Assembly (NCBI GenBank): GCA_023150835.1
Contig: JAKLKB010000043.1
Span: 1 to 64,000, forward strand
Direction: 5' to 3'
Length of the DNA stretch: 64,000 bases
Source: Myxococcota bacterium
GTDB lineage: Bacteria; Myxococcota_C; UBA6777
Each line of letters starts with the position of its first letter. Position 1 is the first letter of the stretch. The translations under genes were made by a program, and so were the position numbers. Under the pieces are notes generated by a model. It had not been told where the DNA came from. It ran no database searches and worked only from the letters and a program-made list of their open reading frames with translations. Shown in pieces: positions 19,357 through 29,615 of the stretch.

Positions 19357-21822
19357 ATGAGCCAACCGACTTCTTCTTCGGGATCTTCGGTGCATTCGGA
19401 ATCTTCGGTGCATTCGGAATCTTCGGTGCATTCGGAATCTTCGGTGCATTCGGGATCTTCGGTGCATTGCGTTGCATCGGCTCCATCACGACGCATCCAT
19501 CGGCGCGTGGGTGGGATGCTGTTCCTGCTCGGATTATGGGGAATCTTGTATCTCTTTGGTTCGCCGGGATGCCACATCTGGCACTCTCCCCCCGATCAAC
19601 AAAGCTGCGATCCGCTGCATGATCCGACCATTGCACAAGAGTGGAAACACCTGACCAGCCAACAATACACACAACTTGCCTGCCTCCAAGTCGCTTGGGG
19701 CGATGCCTTCCAACAAGCCGCAGGGGTCTTGGTGCGCGTCGACGCTTCGGGCCAATTGCTCGGTCGCGAAGGGCAAAGCCAGCGCTTTTCCTCCAAGCAG
19801 CCGATCCAACTGCCAAGCCAGATCACAGGCGAACAACGGCGCTTTCGCTTGTTTGTCTTCACCGCCGCCTTCGCCAACCAACAGCCCTTCGAGGAAGTCG
19901 AGCAACAATGCAACATCGAGATGGCACGCCCTCTCTACGATTGCCTTTCCCAACAAGAACAAGCCACCTGCTGGTTTTTCTTTGCCTTTCGACCCGAAGC
20001 CAACTTCCCAGCCATCACCCCATCTCTCAACGGCGATCCCGCCCAAACCTGCAAGATCGTCACACGCACCGTCCCCTCCGAACCTGAACCCACCACCGAT
20101 AAAGAGTCCACATCTCCCGAAGAGACCACATCTCCCGAAGAGACCGCACTTCCCGAAGAGACCGCACTTCCCGAAGAGACCGCACTTCCCGAAGAGACCG
20201 CACTTCCCGAAGAAACCGCACTTCCCGAAGAAACCACATCTCCCGAAGAGGCGGCTCCTCCTGAAGAGCCAAGCCTTCCCGAACCACAACCCGAACCACA
20301 ACCCGAACCACAACCCGAACCCAGTTGTGCATCCGACCCAAGTATCGGGCAACCTTGTGTTGTTCCACGAAAACTTGGCGTATGCAGCGAAGGGACATGG
20401 ACTTGTGTCAAAGAGGTCAAGACCTGTGTTTCCCCCTACACACCGACCCCTGAGATATGTGATCGCCGAGACAACGATTGTGACGGTCAGATCGACGAAG
20501 GCTTCTTCCAAGTCCTCCCAAGTACGGGAAACGCCAACCGACTGTTTTCTTCCGTAGCCATCGGCCCCAACGGGGATCTGTTTGTGGCTGGAAACTTTTT
20601 CGACACCTTCCAACTCGGCTCCGTCACTCTGCAAGCTTTAGGGGGAGCCGATATCGTGATCGCACGAATCAGCCCCGAAGGCACCGTCCGATGGGCGATC
20701 CGCACAGGCGGATCAAGCTACGAAAATGTCTCGCGCCTTGCCATCGACCCGAACGGCCAGATCTACATACTCGGGATGTTTTATGGCACCACCACCCTCG
20801 GAACAACGACATTGCGCGGTAGTGGCAACCAAGGCTTCTTTTTTGCGAAGCTCGACGATCAGGGAAATATCTTGTGGGCGCGTACCACCAGCGGCACAGG
20901 ACTGGTGATCGGAAAAGCGCTCTCCATCCCATCCCAAGGGCAGATCCTCATCGCGGGTGACCTCTCTGGCGACGCTTCTTTTGATCAACACACATTGAAC
21001 ACACAAGGCGCAAACAACGGCTTTTTGGTCAGCTACAACGCCCAAGGCCAAGCACAATGGGCCAGACGCTTTAGCAGCCCCACCGCTCTCTCCGTCAGCG
21101 ACCTCACCCTCGGAAACAACGCAGCTTTTGTGGTCGGTGGCTTCAACGACAGCGCAACCTTTGACACACACGCCCTTCAATCGGCAGGAAACGAAGATAT
21201 CTTCGTCGCCTCTTACAGCCTCAACGGCAACGCACAATGGGCTGTTCGTGCAGGAACCGAGCAAAACGAACGCGCCACCACAGCGGCGTTTTCCTCCCAA
21301 GGCGAAGTCGTGATCGCAGGTTCCTTCCAACAAAAGCTGCAACTCGGCACCCACACCTTAAACCACACAGGCCGCGCACTTTTTGTCACAGCCCTCGAAC
21401 CTTCGCGTCATGCCTTCCTTTGGGCCGCAAAGCTCGGCGATCAAAGTACCCCCGAAGCAAAGCGCCTTGGCATCGGCCCCACAGGCGATATCCATCTCAC
21501 AGGCAGTTTCAACGGCTCACTCACCGTCGGTCCCTCCAAGCTCAACGGCCTGTTTGAAGCCTCGGCCTTTCTTGCACGTCTCCAACGCTCGACAGGTCGC
21601 TGGTTATGGGGCATTCAGATCCAACACCAAACCACCAGCAGCACAGGCTATGAAAGCGCATACGCCTTCGATCTTGCGGTCGATCCGAGCGGACACAACT
21701 ACTTCGTCGGTTCTTTTAGCGGCACCGCCATCTTTGGAACAAAGATCATCCCCACTCCGCCGATGATCCAAGGTGCATACCTCGCCAAAGTCAGCGCAGA
21801 TGGCTATTGGGCCTGCCCCTGA
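19357..21822 (+). CDS. Surface (lipo)protein with Cys-rich metal-binding motif (MopE-related type) and beta-propeller repeats
   Basis: Hydrophobic segment ending SPGC; PEET linker; EICDRRDNDCDGQIDEG; repeated G.F...F.A..D..G...WA blades. Start is uncertain. Confidence 0.8.
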   Translation: MSQPTSSSGSSVHSESSVHSESSVHSESSVHSGSSVHCVASAPSRRIHRRVGGMLFLLGLWGILYLFGSPGCHIWHSPPDQQSCDPLHDPTIAQEWKHLTSQQYTQLACLQVAWGDAFQQAAGVLVRVDASGQLLGREGQSQRFSSKQPIQLPSQITGEQRRFRLFVFTAAFANQQPFEEVEQQCNIEMARPLYDCLSQQEQATCWFFFAFRPEANFPAITPSLNGDPAQTCKIVTRTVPSEPEPTTDKESTSPEETTSPEETALPEETALPEETALPEETALPEETALPEETTSPEEAAPPEEPSLPEPQPEPQPEPQPEPSCASDPSIGQPCVVPRKLGVCSEGTWTCVKEVKTCVSPYTPTPEICDRRDNDCDGQIDEGFFQVLPSTGNANRLFSSVAIGPNGDLFVAGNFFDTFQLGSVTLQALGGADIVIARISPEGTVRWAIRTGGSSYENVSRLAIDPNGQIYILGMFYGTTTLGTTTLRGSGNQGFFFAKLDDQGNILWARTTSGTGLVIGKALSIPSQGQILIAGDLSGDASFDQHTLNTQGANNGFLVSYNAQGQAQWARRFSSPTALSVSDLTLGNNAAFVVGGFNDSATFDTHALQSAGNEDIFVASYSLNGNAQWAVRAGTEQNERATTAAFSSQGEVVIAGSFQQKLQLGTHTLNHTGRALFVTALEPSRHAFLWAAKLGDQSTPEAKRLGIGPTGDIHLTGSFNGSLTVGPSKLNGLFEASAFLARLQRSTGRWLWGIQIQHQTTSSTGYESAYAFDLAVDPSGHNYFVGSFSGTAIFGTKIIPTPPMIQGAYLAKVSADGYWACP
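19376..19468 (+). repeat. 18-bp coding tandem repeat x5 (SSVHSE)
   Basis: TCTTCGGTGCATTCGGAA units. Confidence 0.9.
20110..20320 (+). repeat. 18-bp (PEETAL/PEETTS, ~8 copies) and 12-bp (PEPQ x3) coding tandem repeats
   Basis: CCCGAAGAGACCGCACTT units, then CCCGAACCACAA units. Confidence 0.9.
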
Positions 21823-21953
21823 GCTTCGTCTTGACAAAAAAGGTTTCGTTCAACCCTCACCCCGCCGCTACGCGGCTCCCTGCGACGCTCGCAAAGCCTC
21901 GCTGCAAGGCGAGGGGAAAGATCTTCTTCCATTCGCTTTTTGTACCCCTGTAA

Positions 21954-22143
21954 TAAGAAATCTGCTCGTTGTGTGATCGTAAAAATGTAGGGGCAGCCCC
22001 CTGTGGCTGCCCCAGAACAGGGCGTTCAAATACGAAATCTGCTCGTTGTGTGATCGTAAAAATGTAGGGGCAGCCCCCTGTGGCTGCCCCAGAACAGGGC
22101 GTCTACATACTCCTTTTTGTGTACGCATCGCTCGGATATCGTA
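21954..22143 (+). mobile_element. Family B element, two tandem units
   Basis: GAAATCTGCTCGTTGTGTGATCGTAAAAATGTAGGGGCAGCCCCCTGTGGCTGCCCCAGAACAGGGCGT twice; ends CGGATATCGTA. Confidence 0.85.
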
Positions 22144-22206
22144 CAAGCCCCACGATATCAAACCCAAACACACGAGTCCGACTCGAAACAAACAGGACAC
22201 TCACCC

Positions 22207-23178
22207 ATGTTCACTCACAAACACTCTCCTTGGTGGAGCCTTCTGGGTCTGGGATGCTTTTTCTGGGCCTTTTCCTCGATGGCTCTTGCTCGACCGCTCC
22301 CCAAAGAGCCGCTGCTTCGGCGTTATCTGTATGCAGTGCAAATGTACTATAAAAATCAAAGTAATGATTCCCGCATGATTTTCCTTTCTGTCCAACAATC
22401 TCTCCAACAATCTCTTTTTTTTGAAAAGGACACTTCTGCTTTTCCTCTTTACAGACTTTTGCGCCTTGACGTGGATCACTTTCTTGCCCGCATCGACTGG
22501 GAAAGCAAAGCCTACGTCGACGCTTGCCGACAACTGGGTCGATTGCTCGGGCAGATCAACGCCTTCCCTCCGCAACGCTGGCTCGAACTACGACGCATTT
22601 CTGCTCAATCTTGGGAAAAACACGGACTCGAAGCTGGGCTGATCGAACGCCTTGATGCGGCCAGTCGCACCTATCACGAAGAATGTCCAAAGATCCCGAC
22701 GCGCCTACACTTCCAGATCATCCCCCCTCACGCCGTCGTGCATCTGCGCGATCAAAGCGGACGCTGGCAAAGGTTACGCACCCGACAAGCAGAAGTACGC
22801 GGGCGGATCATCGTCATTCGCACACGCGCTCAAGGCCACCAAAGCGATCTGCGCACCCTTGCGATCACCCCGGGCGTGCGTCAATTTGTCTCCATTCAAC
22901 TCCGAAAAAGAGACTCCAAAACAGACTCCAAAGACGATCCAACACCGACCAACGACCCCACAAAACGCCCCGCCGATCCCACCACACAACAACTCACCCA
23001 ACGAACCAAACCTCCCACCAAGCCCCTAGCCATCTATCAACAATGGTGGTTTTGGACCGCTATCGGCGTTGCCGTCGTCACCGCCGCAGTGACAACCTCC
23101 GTCGCCGTCGTCCTCAGTCAACCCAACGAGCAATTGCGCGGAAAAAACGACACCCCCTTCCGCCTCTGGGATCGCTGA
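22207..23178 (+). CDS. Secreted TPR-like/PEGA-like protein with C-terminal membrane anchor
   Basis: Signal peptide; IIPPHAVV...RAQGH PEGA-like segment; QQWWFWTAIGVAVV anchor typical of myxobacterial proteins. Confidence 0.7.
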   Translation: MFTHKHSPWWSLLGLGCFFWAFSSMALARPLPKEPLLRRYLYAVQMYYKNQSNDSRMIFLSVQQSLQQSLFFEKDTSAFPLYRLLRLDVDHFLARIDWESKAYVDACRQLGRLLGQINAFPPQRWLELRRISAQSWEKHGLEAGLIERLDAASRTYHEECPKIPTRLHFQIIPPHAVVHLRDQSGRWQRLRTRQAEVRGRIIVIRTRAQGHQSDLRTLAITPGVRQFVSIQLRKRDSKTDSKDDPTPTNDPTKRPADPTTQQLTQRTKPPTKPLAIYQQWWFWTAIGVAVVTAAVTTSVAVVLSQPNEQLRGKNDTPFRLWDR

Positions 23179-23179
23179 G

Positions 23180-25846
23180 CTAACGCAAAGACCAACGACG
23201 CCGTCTCTCAGCAAAGCGCACCAACATCCATAGGATCAAAAAGCACAGCCCCACCCACAGATCGCCCACACCATCCCCAACCAAACACCCTGCGCAACCA
23301 CCCGTTTTTCCATCGGACTCCAGCGACAAGACACCCTCTGTCGGCTCGCTGGCTGTTTCAGGGATCACAGCCGTCTCAGCAAGCCCCCCCTCTTCGGCCT
23401 TTTCGGCCCCGCCATCTTGCTCTGCCTTTTCAACACTCGGTTCAGAAACAACAGGCTCAAACGAAGCTTCGCTCGCTGCTTCGGGGGTAGGCTCAACAGA
23501 GACTTCGGGTGTAGGCTCGGGCGTAGGCTCAGGTGTAGGCTCGGAAGCAACAGGCAGATCCAACACGACATCCAGAGACAGATCGAACGAAACATCCGAC
23601 GAACTCGCGCTGCTTTGCTTGACCATCACAGCGATCACGTTTTCTCCGACACGCAGGGCGGCCCTCGCCGTCGCATCCAAGGCCACGCTGCTGCGCTCGT
23701 TGTCTTGAGAGCTACTGGACGCCCAAGCGGCGTAGCCATCGCCATTGTCCGCATACTTGGAAAACGCCCGCACACCGTTGATCCACACGATCACACCATC
23801 ATCATGGAGCACCTGTAGCTGCCCGGACTTCGCAGAAAACGGCAGCGAAAAGCGTTTGCGAAAATACACCGACGGCGGTGTGGGCGAAGGATGCGGGATC
23901 TCCGTCGCCTCGTCTCCGTCGCCATAACCAAGCTGCGCTTTCCCGCGACTCCAGCCGCTATCATCAAACAGCGGTGTCATCCAAGCCGCCCCCTGATCTT
24001 GCCCTGAGGCGTGGTATCGCCACTCTTCCCCCCAACGGATCGCTTGGATCTCGGCGGTAATCTTGCTGTATCCGTGTGTTTCGTCATGGACCTTGGCATC
24101 GACAGCGCTCTCCACACGCAACAGCACGCGCTCGCTTGGCGTGTGCGGTATCTGCCAGTCATACGACCCGTTATTCGGCCAGTTGCGTACGATATCTTTC
24201 CATGTCGCCCCACCATCTAACGAATAACGCAGCGTCACTTGCGAAAGCGGCGAACCCACCCGACGCCATAGCAACTTGACGGTCTGCCCCGGGATCCAAG
24301 ACTCCCCACCCATCGGCGATATCCAAAAAAGCCCTTCCCCCTTTACCAACGTAAAACGATCCGAGACCACCCCATCTCTTCGGATATTCGTCAATGTCAG
24401 TGCTGTCCCCGAGATATCCAACAAGCACGAACCATACGCTTTTTCCGTTATGTACATCACAGGATGGGGGCGTGGCCCTTGGCTCAACGAAGCGCCCCCA
24501 TGACCCGCCACCACATACACCGCTCCCTTCGTCCCTGCCACGATCTTTTGATAAGGCCCCGTCCCATCGAGCTTTCCATCTCCGTTATCGACGATCTTTC
24601 CCGTCGCGGTCGTCGGTGTATCGTAGGCCCCATGCAACAGGTACGAGCGTTCGTAGATGTGCGAATGTCCCGCCATCACCAGATCCACCCCTGCGGCCTC
24701 CAAGATCGGCAACGCCCGTTCCCGCATCTCGCGCAACTGGCTTTCCGTATCCGAATCATGACTCCCTTTGCTGTATGGCGGATGATGCCAATACGCCACC
24801 AACCAAGGCTGCTTTGTCGCCGCAAGATCCGCCTTCAACCATGTCAGCATCGGACCTGTCACCGTTCGAGAAGAATCATGCGAGTCCAGTACGATAAAAT
24901 GAACATGACCGTAATCAAAAGAATAATACGCCTCTGTCCCCGAAGCCACACCGCCCGCCTCTGCGCCTTTTGGCAACACATAAGCATCGTAATACGGACC
25001 CGTCTGCGTCCCCGAATCGGAATTCTGCCCCTCATGGTTCCCCAGCGTCGGCCAACACGGTGTCATACGCAAGATATCCCGATAGATATCAAAGAAATGG
25101 CGCTGAAACTCGTCATCCGTACCGCTGTTGTAAGCGATATCGCCCATGTGCAAAAACAGATCAGGTGGACGCTGCCCCACATAACGCAACATCGCATCCC
25201 GAACCTCTAGTTGCGCGCTGCCTCCTGTTCCCGAATCCCCAACCACCCACAATCGCATCTTCTTGACTTGCCCATGCGTCGGCGATGTCCGAAAAAAGTG
25301 TTGCGCATCCCCTCCCACCAACACCCGATCTGCCGTACCCACCGCATAATAATACAGCGTATCGGGCCGCAGCCCCGTCAAGCGCACTTCGTGCTGTGTC
25401 TTCGCAACATTCGAGGACACCACCGAACCCAACACTTGGGGACTCAGACCATAACGCACTTGGGCCGTCGACGCCTGTGCTGTGCGCCAAACGATGATCA
25501 CGCCCTCTGGCGTATTTTGTTGAAGATACGGCCCTCGCGAGATCGTCTGCGCACAGACCGTTCCTCCCCAACTACCCATCCACATCACACCCAAACACAC
25601 CCACATAAAGCCCCAAAACACCGAGACCTTCGCGCTTTTTCTTTTCCCACGCGCCTTCTCGTTGACAAAGAAACCCCACGCCCGAGATGTTTCAAGCGGC
25701 TGCGCCACCGGCTTGAAAAAAATCTGTTCGCCCCGCCAACATGGGGTCAAGGGGCCATCGGTCCCTTGCGGGGCTTGGGGCGGAGCCCCATCCAACAAAC
25801 CAACTGCCTCTCTTCTCTGCGCAATCACCGTTTTTTTATCGTACAC
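23180..25846 (-). CDS. Purple acid phosphatase-type metallophosphoesterase with FN3-like domain and MYXO-CTERM-like sorting signal
   Basis: RGPYLQ, GDSG, GDIAY, GNHE, HHPPY, GHSH; C-terminal GGCAGC-TM-RRRR. GTG 25846 has a GGAGGA RBS. Confidence 0.9.
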   Translation of the reverse strand: MYDKKTVIAQRREAVGLLDGAPPQAPQGTDGPLTPCWRGEQIFFKPVAQPLETSRAWGFFVNEKARGKRKSAKVSVFWGFMWVCLGVMWMGSWGGTVCAQTISRGPYLQQNTPEGVIIVWRTAQASTAQVRYGLSPQVLGSVVSSNVAKTQHEVRLTGLRPDTLYYYAVGTADRVLVGGDAQHFFRTSPTHGQVKKMRLWVVGDSGTGGSAQLEVRDAMLRYVGQRPPDLFLHMGDIAYNSGTDDEFQRHFFDIYRDILRMTPCWPTLGNHEGQNSDSGTQTGPYYDAYVLPKGAEAGGVASGTEAYYSFDYGHVHFIVLDSHDSSRTVTGPMLTWLKADLAATKQPWLVAYWHHPPYSKGSHDSDTESQLREMRERALPILEAAGVDLVMAGHSHIYERSYLLHGAYDTPTTATGKIVDNGDGKLDGTGPYQKIVAGTKGAVYVVAGHGGASLSQGPRPHPVMYITEKAYGSCLLDISGTALTLTNIRRDGVVSDRFTLVKGEGLFWISPMGGESWIPGQTVKLLWRRVGSPLSQVTLRYSLDGGATWKDIVRNWPNNGSYDWQIPHTPSERVLLRVESAVDAKVHDETHGYSKITAEIQAIRWGEEWRYHASGQDQGAAWMTPLFDDSGWSRGKAQLGYGDGDEATEIPHPSPTPPSVYFRKRFSLPFSAKSGQLQVLHDDGVIVWINGVRAFSKYADNGDGYAAWASSSSQDNERSSVALDATARAALRVGENVIAVMVKQSSASSSDVSFDLSLDVVLDLPVASEPTPEPTPEPTPEVSVEPTPEAASEASFEPVVSEPSVEKAEQDGGAEKAEEGGLAETAVIPETASEPTEGVLSLESDGKTGGCAGCLVGDGVGDLWVGLCFLILWMLVRFAERRRRWSLR
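25666..25791 (-). repeat. Family A repeat, copy 6 (inside the 5' end of the phosphatase ORF)
   Basis: TGGGGCTCCGCCCCA, CAAGGGACC..GGCCCCTTG, TTTTTCAA, CCGCTTGAA. Confidence 0.85.
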
Positions 25847-25904
25847 AGATCTTCCTCCATCTCGCTTCTAAAAAAAGACTCCACCGATCTTTTCTCTCAA
25901 AAAC

Positions 25905-26867
25905 TCAACGATTTTCTCCCTTCAAACGCGCCTGCCATCGCAACGCTTCCGCATCTTTGGGATATACACGCAACCAACGCCCCACACAACGGCGTGCCTC
26001 TTCCACTCGCCCCAAAGACCACAAGATCCGCACTTCACGCCCGCGATTCAGCGAAGAAGGCCGCCCACGCAACAACCCCCTGACTTCTTCCAACGCACGC
26101 AACCGATCCTTCTTTGCGCTATCTTTCTTTCCCATCCGTTCGTACAGATCCGCCCGACGCATCCACCCATCCGCTCGCACAGGTAGCCTCAACATCCCCT
26201 CTTCCACCACGCGGATCGCCTCTTCCCATCGCCCTTGTCTGCGCAACACACGCAACAACGCCAGCCGCAACACCATCGCTCCCTTTAAAACACCCACTCC
26301 CTCTCGATACCATCGCACCGCCTCTTCCCACCGCCCTTTCTGTTCCATGATCCGACCCGCAGCAAGATACAGATGCGGCTGCGGGCGCAAACGCACCGAT
26401 GCCTTGTACGCTCCCAAAGCCTCTTCCCATCGCTGTTTCCGCTGCCAAAGCTGCGCAAGCAACGCATACACCTCCCACGAAACCACCTTCGCTCGCTTCG
26501 CTTCTCCCAACGCTGTTTCCGCTTCTTCCCACCGGCCCGCCGAAAACCACAGCCGCCCCCAATACAACAATCGCTGCGGATGCTTCGGAGACAATCGATC
26601 CACACGCAGCAGATCTGCTACCGCAAGTTCGATATCTCCGTGACGACGATACAGATCACTTCGACGCAACAACAAACCCACATCCCCTGGCGCTTTCCTC
26701 AACCGCACACTCAACCGTGCGATCTCTTCATGCAGCCCCAAATGCGCCGTCGCTACGCCCTCCCATAGACCACACCACGCCACACTTACCAACCAAACCA
26801 ACACCACATCGGAACACCGCATCTCAAACACTCCTCCACATCTCCGTGAACCTTCTCTTGGCTTCAC
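25905..26867 (-). CDS. Secreted tetratricopeptide repeat protein
   Basis: Signal peptide ending ATA-H; repeated GRWEEA TPR helices; upstream of the phosphatase on the same strand. Start may be 26822. Confidence 0.85.
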   Translation of the reverse strand: MKPREGSRRCGGVFEMRCSDVVLVWLVSVAWCGLWEGVATAHLGLHEEIARLSVRLRKAPGDVGLLLRRSDLYRRHGDIELAVADLLRVDRLSPKHPQRLLYWGRLWFSAGRWEEAETALGEAKRAKVVSWEVYALLAQLWQRKQRWEEALGAYKASVRLRPQPHLYLAAGRIMEQKGRWEEAVRWYREGVGVLKGAMVLRLALLRVLRRQGRWEEAIRVVEEGMLRLPVRADGWMRRADLYERMGKKDSAKKDRLRALEEVRGLLRGRPSSLNRGREVRILWSLGRVEEARRCVGRWLRVYPKDAEALRWQARLKGENR

Positions 26868-26915
26868 AACCCTCTGCCCACCATCGCAAGCATACCACGA
26901 TTGTTTTTTCTTTTT

Positions 26916-27044
26916 TGTGGGGTTTCACCCCACGCCCCACAAGGGAGCTTTGCCCCCTTGACCCCATGTTGGCGGGACAACTATTTATTTTTCAAACAAA
27001 CGCCTGCGCCGCTTGGACATCTGCGGATACGAGTTTTCTTTTTT
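26916..27044 (+). repeat. Family A repeat, copy 7
   Basis: GTGGGGTTTCACCCCAC, CAAGGG..CCCTTGACCCC, TTTTTCAAAC. Confidence 0.85.
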
Positions 27045-27074
27045 CCGAAATGTAAACATCATACATTTTCTCCG

Positions 27075-27103
27075 TTGACAACGATTGAGGCGGATGTTAA
27101 GTT
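27075..27103 (+). promoter_or_regulatory. Sigma70-type promoter
   Basis: TTGACA-17 bp-TAAGTT with an extended TG, 75 bp upstream of ATG 27178. Confidence 0.55.
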
Positions 27104-27177
27104 CGCACCGTTTTCAACTCAACATTGGTTGTGCATACGATTCAAGAAATTCGTTCTCTTTGTTCTTAGGAGGTCAG

Positions 27178-27597
27178 ATGAGAAAGCCTTTCGGTGTTTT
27201 CAGCCTTTTCTTTTTGTTTTTCCTTTTGCAAGGGTGCCATTATTCCTTGATTGGAAAAGAAATTGCGTTTTCACCAACACTTGATCCATCACACCAGCGA
27301 AAACGAGTCGACGAGTATCGAGCATGGATGCTGCGTTACCTTGTAAAAAAAGGATGGCACGGCGCACCGCCCACTTCAAAAAAATCCGAGATCACGATCT
27401 ACCCATTCCCAGTAACGCACTTAAACAACGAACGCACTATTTTTTTGATGGTGCATTGTCGAAAAAACAAAAGAAAAGAAGCCTTGGCTTTTCTTGACGA
27501 GATGGTGACACACTCGCGCTCTCTTTTCCCAGACGTTGCTCTTCTTCACACCGTGCAGGTGTGGACGCCCCCGTCCGCTCGCGCTCGATCTCAATGA
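27178..27597 (+). CDS. Hypothetical lipoprotein (139 aa)
   Basis: AGGAGG RBS; lipobox LLQGC. Confidence 0.7.
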   Translation: MRKPFGVFSLFFLFFLLQGCHYSLIGKEIAFSPTLDPSHQRKRVDEYRAWMLRYLVKKGWHGAPPTSKKSEITIYPFPVTHLNNERTIFLMVHCRKNKRKEALAFLDEMVTHSRSLFPDVALLHTVQVWTPPSARARSQ

Positions 27598-27874
27598 CTC
27601 GTTCACATTCCCGCCCTTCCGTGCCTCCCGCTCTGTTTCGTCCTCTCTTCCGCTCCTTCCGCTCTGTTTCGTCCTCTCTTCCGCTCCTTCCGCTGCTTTT
27701 TCGTCTTCCCTTCCGTGCCTTCCGTGTTTTACGAAGCGTGAGACTCCCTCTGGTCGTCTTCCGTGTACGGTGTTGGGTGCCATGTTGTTTTGCATCACAA
27801 GATCGCGTAGCCTTGCGATGTTTTTGTTTGTGTGCTGGTTTTGCGTACACCTTGAGCCGCTTGGAGGCCGTACA

Positions 27875-28096
27875 ATGCCCAAAAAACTGCTTTTTTTATT
27901 CTTCGTTGTTTGTTCTGGTCTGTTGTTTTCTGCGAACCTTCCTGCCCCGTCAGCCCCTTGTCAACAAAAAAACATTGGTGACACCTGTACTTATGGCTAT
28001 GGTTGCAGCAACAACGGAACTTGCCAACTGGATCCCAAGTGCAAAGAAGATCCGAACAGCAAGGTGCGGCGTTGCGTGATCTGCAAGACTCGGTAG
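27875..28096 (+). CDS. Small secreted Cys-rich protein (73 aa)
   Basis: GGAGG RBS; signal peptide; 7 Cys in the ~53-aa mature part. Confidence 0.75.
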   Translation: MPKKLLFLFFVVCSGLLFSANLPAPSAPCQQKNIGDTCTYGYGCSNNGTCQLDPKCKEDPNSKVRRCVICKTR

Positions 28097-28139
28097 TCGT
28101 TTGTATCCGACTAAATGAGAAAATAGAAAGGTTTTTTTG

Positions 28140-29198
28140 ATGAGTTCATCTGCATGGGGTGATGTTGAAACCCAATACTTTGTCTCGTTAACACCCGACC
28201 GTATCCTTGATGCTGTCGAAGCTTCGGGACTGCGTTGCACAGGCCGTTGCCTGCAACTCAACAGCATGGAAAACCGCGTCTATGAGATCGAGATCGTCCT
28301 TGATGATGATGTCGTGGTGAAGAGTCCTTCGGATCGTTTTCGCGTGGTGAAGTTCTATCGGCCCGGGCGTTGGAGCAAAGAACAGATCCTTGACGAGCAT
28401 CAATTTTTGCTTGACCTCCAAACCGAGGATCTGCCTGTGGCTGCACCCGAACGCTTTCCTGACGGCCAAACCCTCCATTGCCTCGGCGATCTCTCGATCT
28501 ACTACTGTGTCTTTCCGAAGTTTGGGGGCAGAAATCCCGACGAATTGAGCGTCGATCAGCTCGAACAGTTGGGGCGTTTGTATGCCCGTGTCCACAACGT
28601 CGGTGCGCTTCGCCCTGCCACCCATCGCTTGACCTTAAACCCCACTACCTACGGCCTCGACAATCTTCGCTATATCCTCGAAGAAAAGCTCTTGCCTCCC
28701 GAACACCAACGCCCTTATCGCGATCTTGTCGAAGCTCTTTGCAAGCACACCGAGCCTTGGTTTGCGAAAACGCCGATACAGCGCGTTCATGGCGATGCGC
28801 ACCTTGGGAACTTGCTCTGGCATCCTGACCGTGGCCCCCGTCTTGTGGACTTCGACGATATGGTCATGGGTCCGCCTGTCCAAGATATCTGGCTCGCCAC
28901 ACCCGGGCGCGATGCGTGGTCTCTACAAGAACGCGAGATCTTGCTCGAAGGCTACGAGCAGATGCGCGACTTTGATCGCCAAAGCCTCCGATTGATCGAA
29001 CCTTTGCGCGCCTTGCGATTTGTCCACTTTCACGCATGGATCGGCAAACGCTGGAAAGATCAAGCCTTCCCTCGTGCCTTCCCACAATACGGAACCCCCA
29101 ACTATTGGGCCGAAGCTGTCAACGATCTCCGCGAACAACTCCGCCTGATCCAAGAAACCTCCACCAGCCATCCCATGCACCACACGATATCTGAGTGA
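28140..29198 (+). CDS. srkA: SrkA/RdoA (YihE) family Ser/Thr kinase
   Basis: LNSMENRVY, VKFYRPGRWS..QI.DEH.FL, HGDAHLGN, DFDD..GP.VQDIW, RW.D.AFP.AFP. Confidence 0.9.
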   Translation: MSSSAWGDVETQYFVSLTPDRILDAVEASGLRCTGRCLQLNSMENRVYEIEIVLDDDVVVKSPSDRFRVVKFYRPGRWSKEQILDEHQFLLDLQTEDLPVAAPERFPDGQTLHCLGDLSIYYCVFPKFGGRNPDELSVDQLEQLGRLYARVHNVGALRPATHRLTLNPTTYGLDNLRYILEEKLLPPEHQRPYRDLVEALCKHTEPWFAKTPIQRVHGDAHLGNLLWHPDRGPRLVDFDDMVMGPPVQDIWLATPGRDAWSLQEREILLEGYEQMRDFDRQSLRLIEPLRALRFVHFHAWIGKRWKDQAFPRAFPQYGTPNYWAEAVNDLREQLRLIQETSTSHPMHHTISE

Positions 29199-29435
29199 AG
29201 TGTGATCGCCATGTCGATGCGATCCGCTGTAATTGCCCTATTCTTGGGCAGCCACAGGGGGCTGCCCCTACGTTTCACAATCACGCACCAAACTTTGAGG
29301 CCGTCGCTAAACAACAAAAAGCACGGGCTGCCCCTACGTTTCACGATCACGCACCGAACTTTGAGGCCATCGCTAAACAACAAAAAGCACGGGCTGCCCC
29401 TACGTTTCACGATCACGCACCCTGCGGATCTCGCA
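29183..29435 (-). mobile_element. Family B element with an internal 66-bp triplication
   Basis: CACGATATCTG ... CGGATCTCGCA ends; GGGCTGCCCCTACGTTTCAC units at 29259, 29325 and 29391. Confidence 0.75.
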
Positions 29436-29599
29436 CCACCTGTCCAATATCTGAACACCTCTGCCAGCGACTGCTCAATCGCTGCACACTAATCTGTTCA
29501 GATCGCAAACAGATCGCGTGTGCTTTTTACAGCGGGCCTCTTTGCAGTTTGGGCGGATCTCCCTTGTTGCGCTGCATCGCAAGCCCCGCAACATACGTA

Positions 29600-29615
29600 T
29601 GGCACGATCTTTGTT
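29600..29615 (+). promoter_or_regulatory. Candidate sigma54 promoter upstream of the kinase operon
   Basis: TGGCAC-GATCT-TTGTT versus consensus TGGCAC-N5-TTGCW; the -12 C is replaced by T. Confidence 0.4.

Noticed and set aside
21846-21916. REP-like GC hairpin sequence after the 19357 gene
   Set aside because: Single copy in the window; cannot be distinguished from a terminator or a repeat fragment.
29259-29421. CRISPR-like array (31-bp repeat x3 with a 66-bp period)
   Set aside because: The intervening sequences are near-identical to each other, the repeat is part of family B, and there are no cas genes: a tandem duplication.
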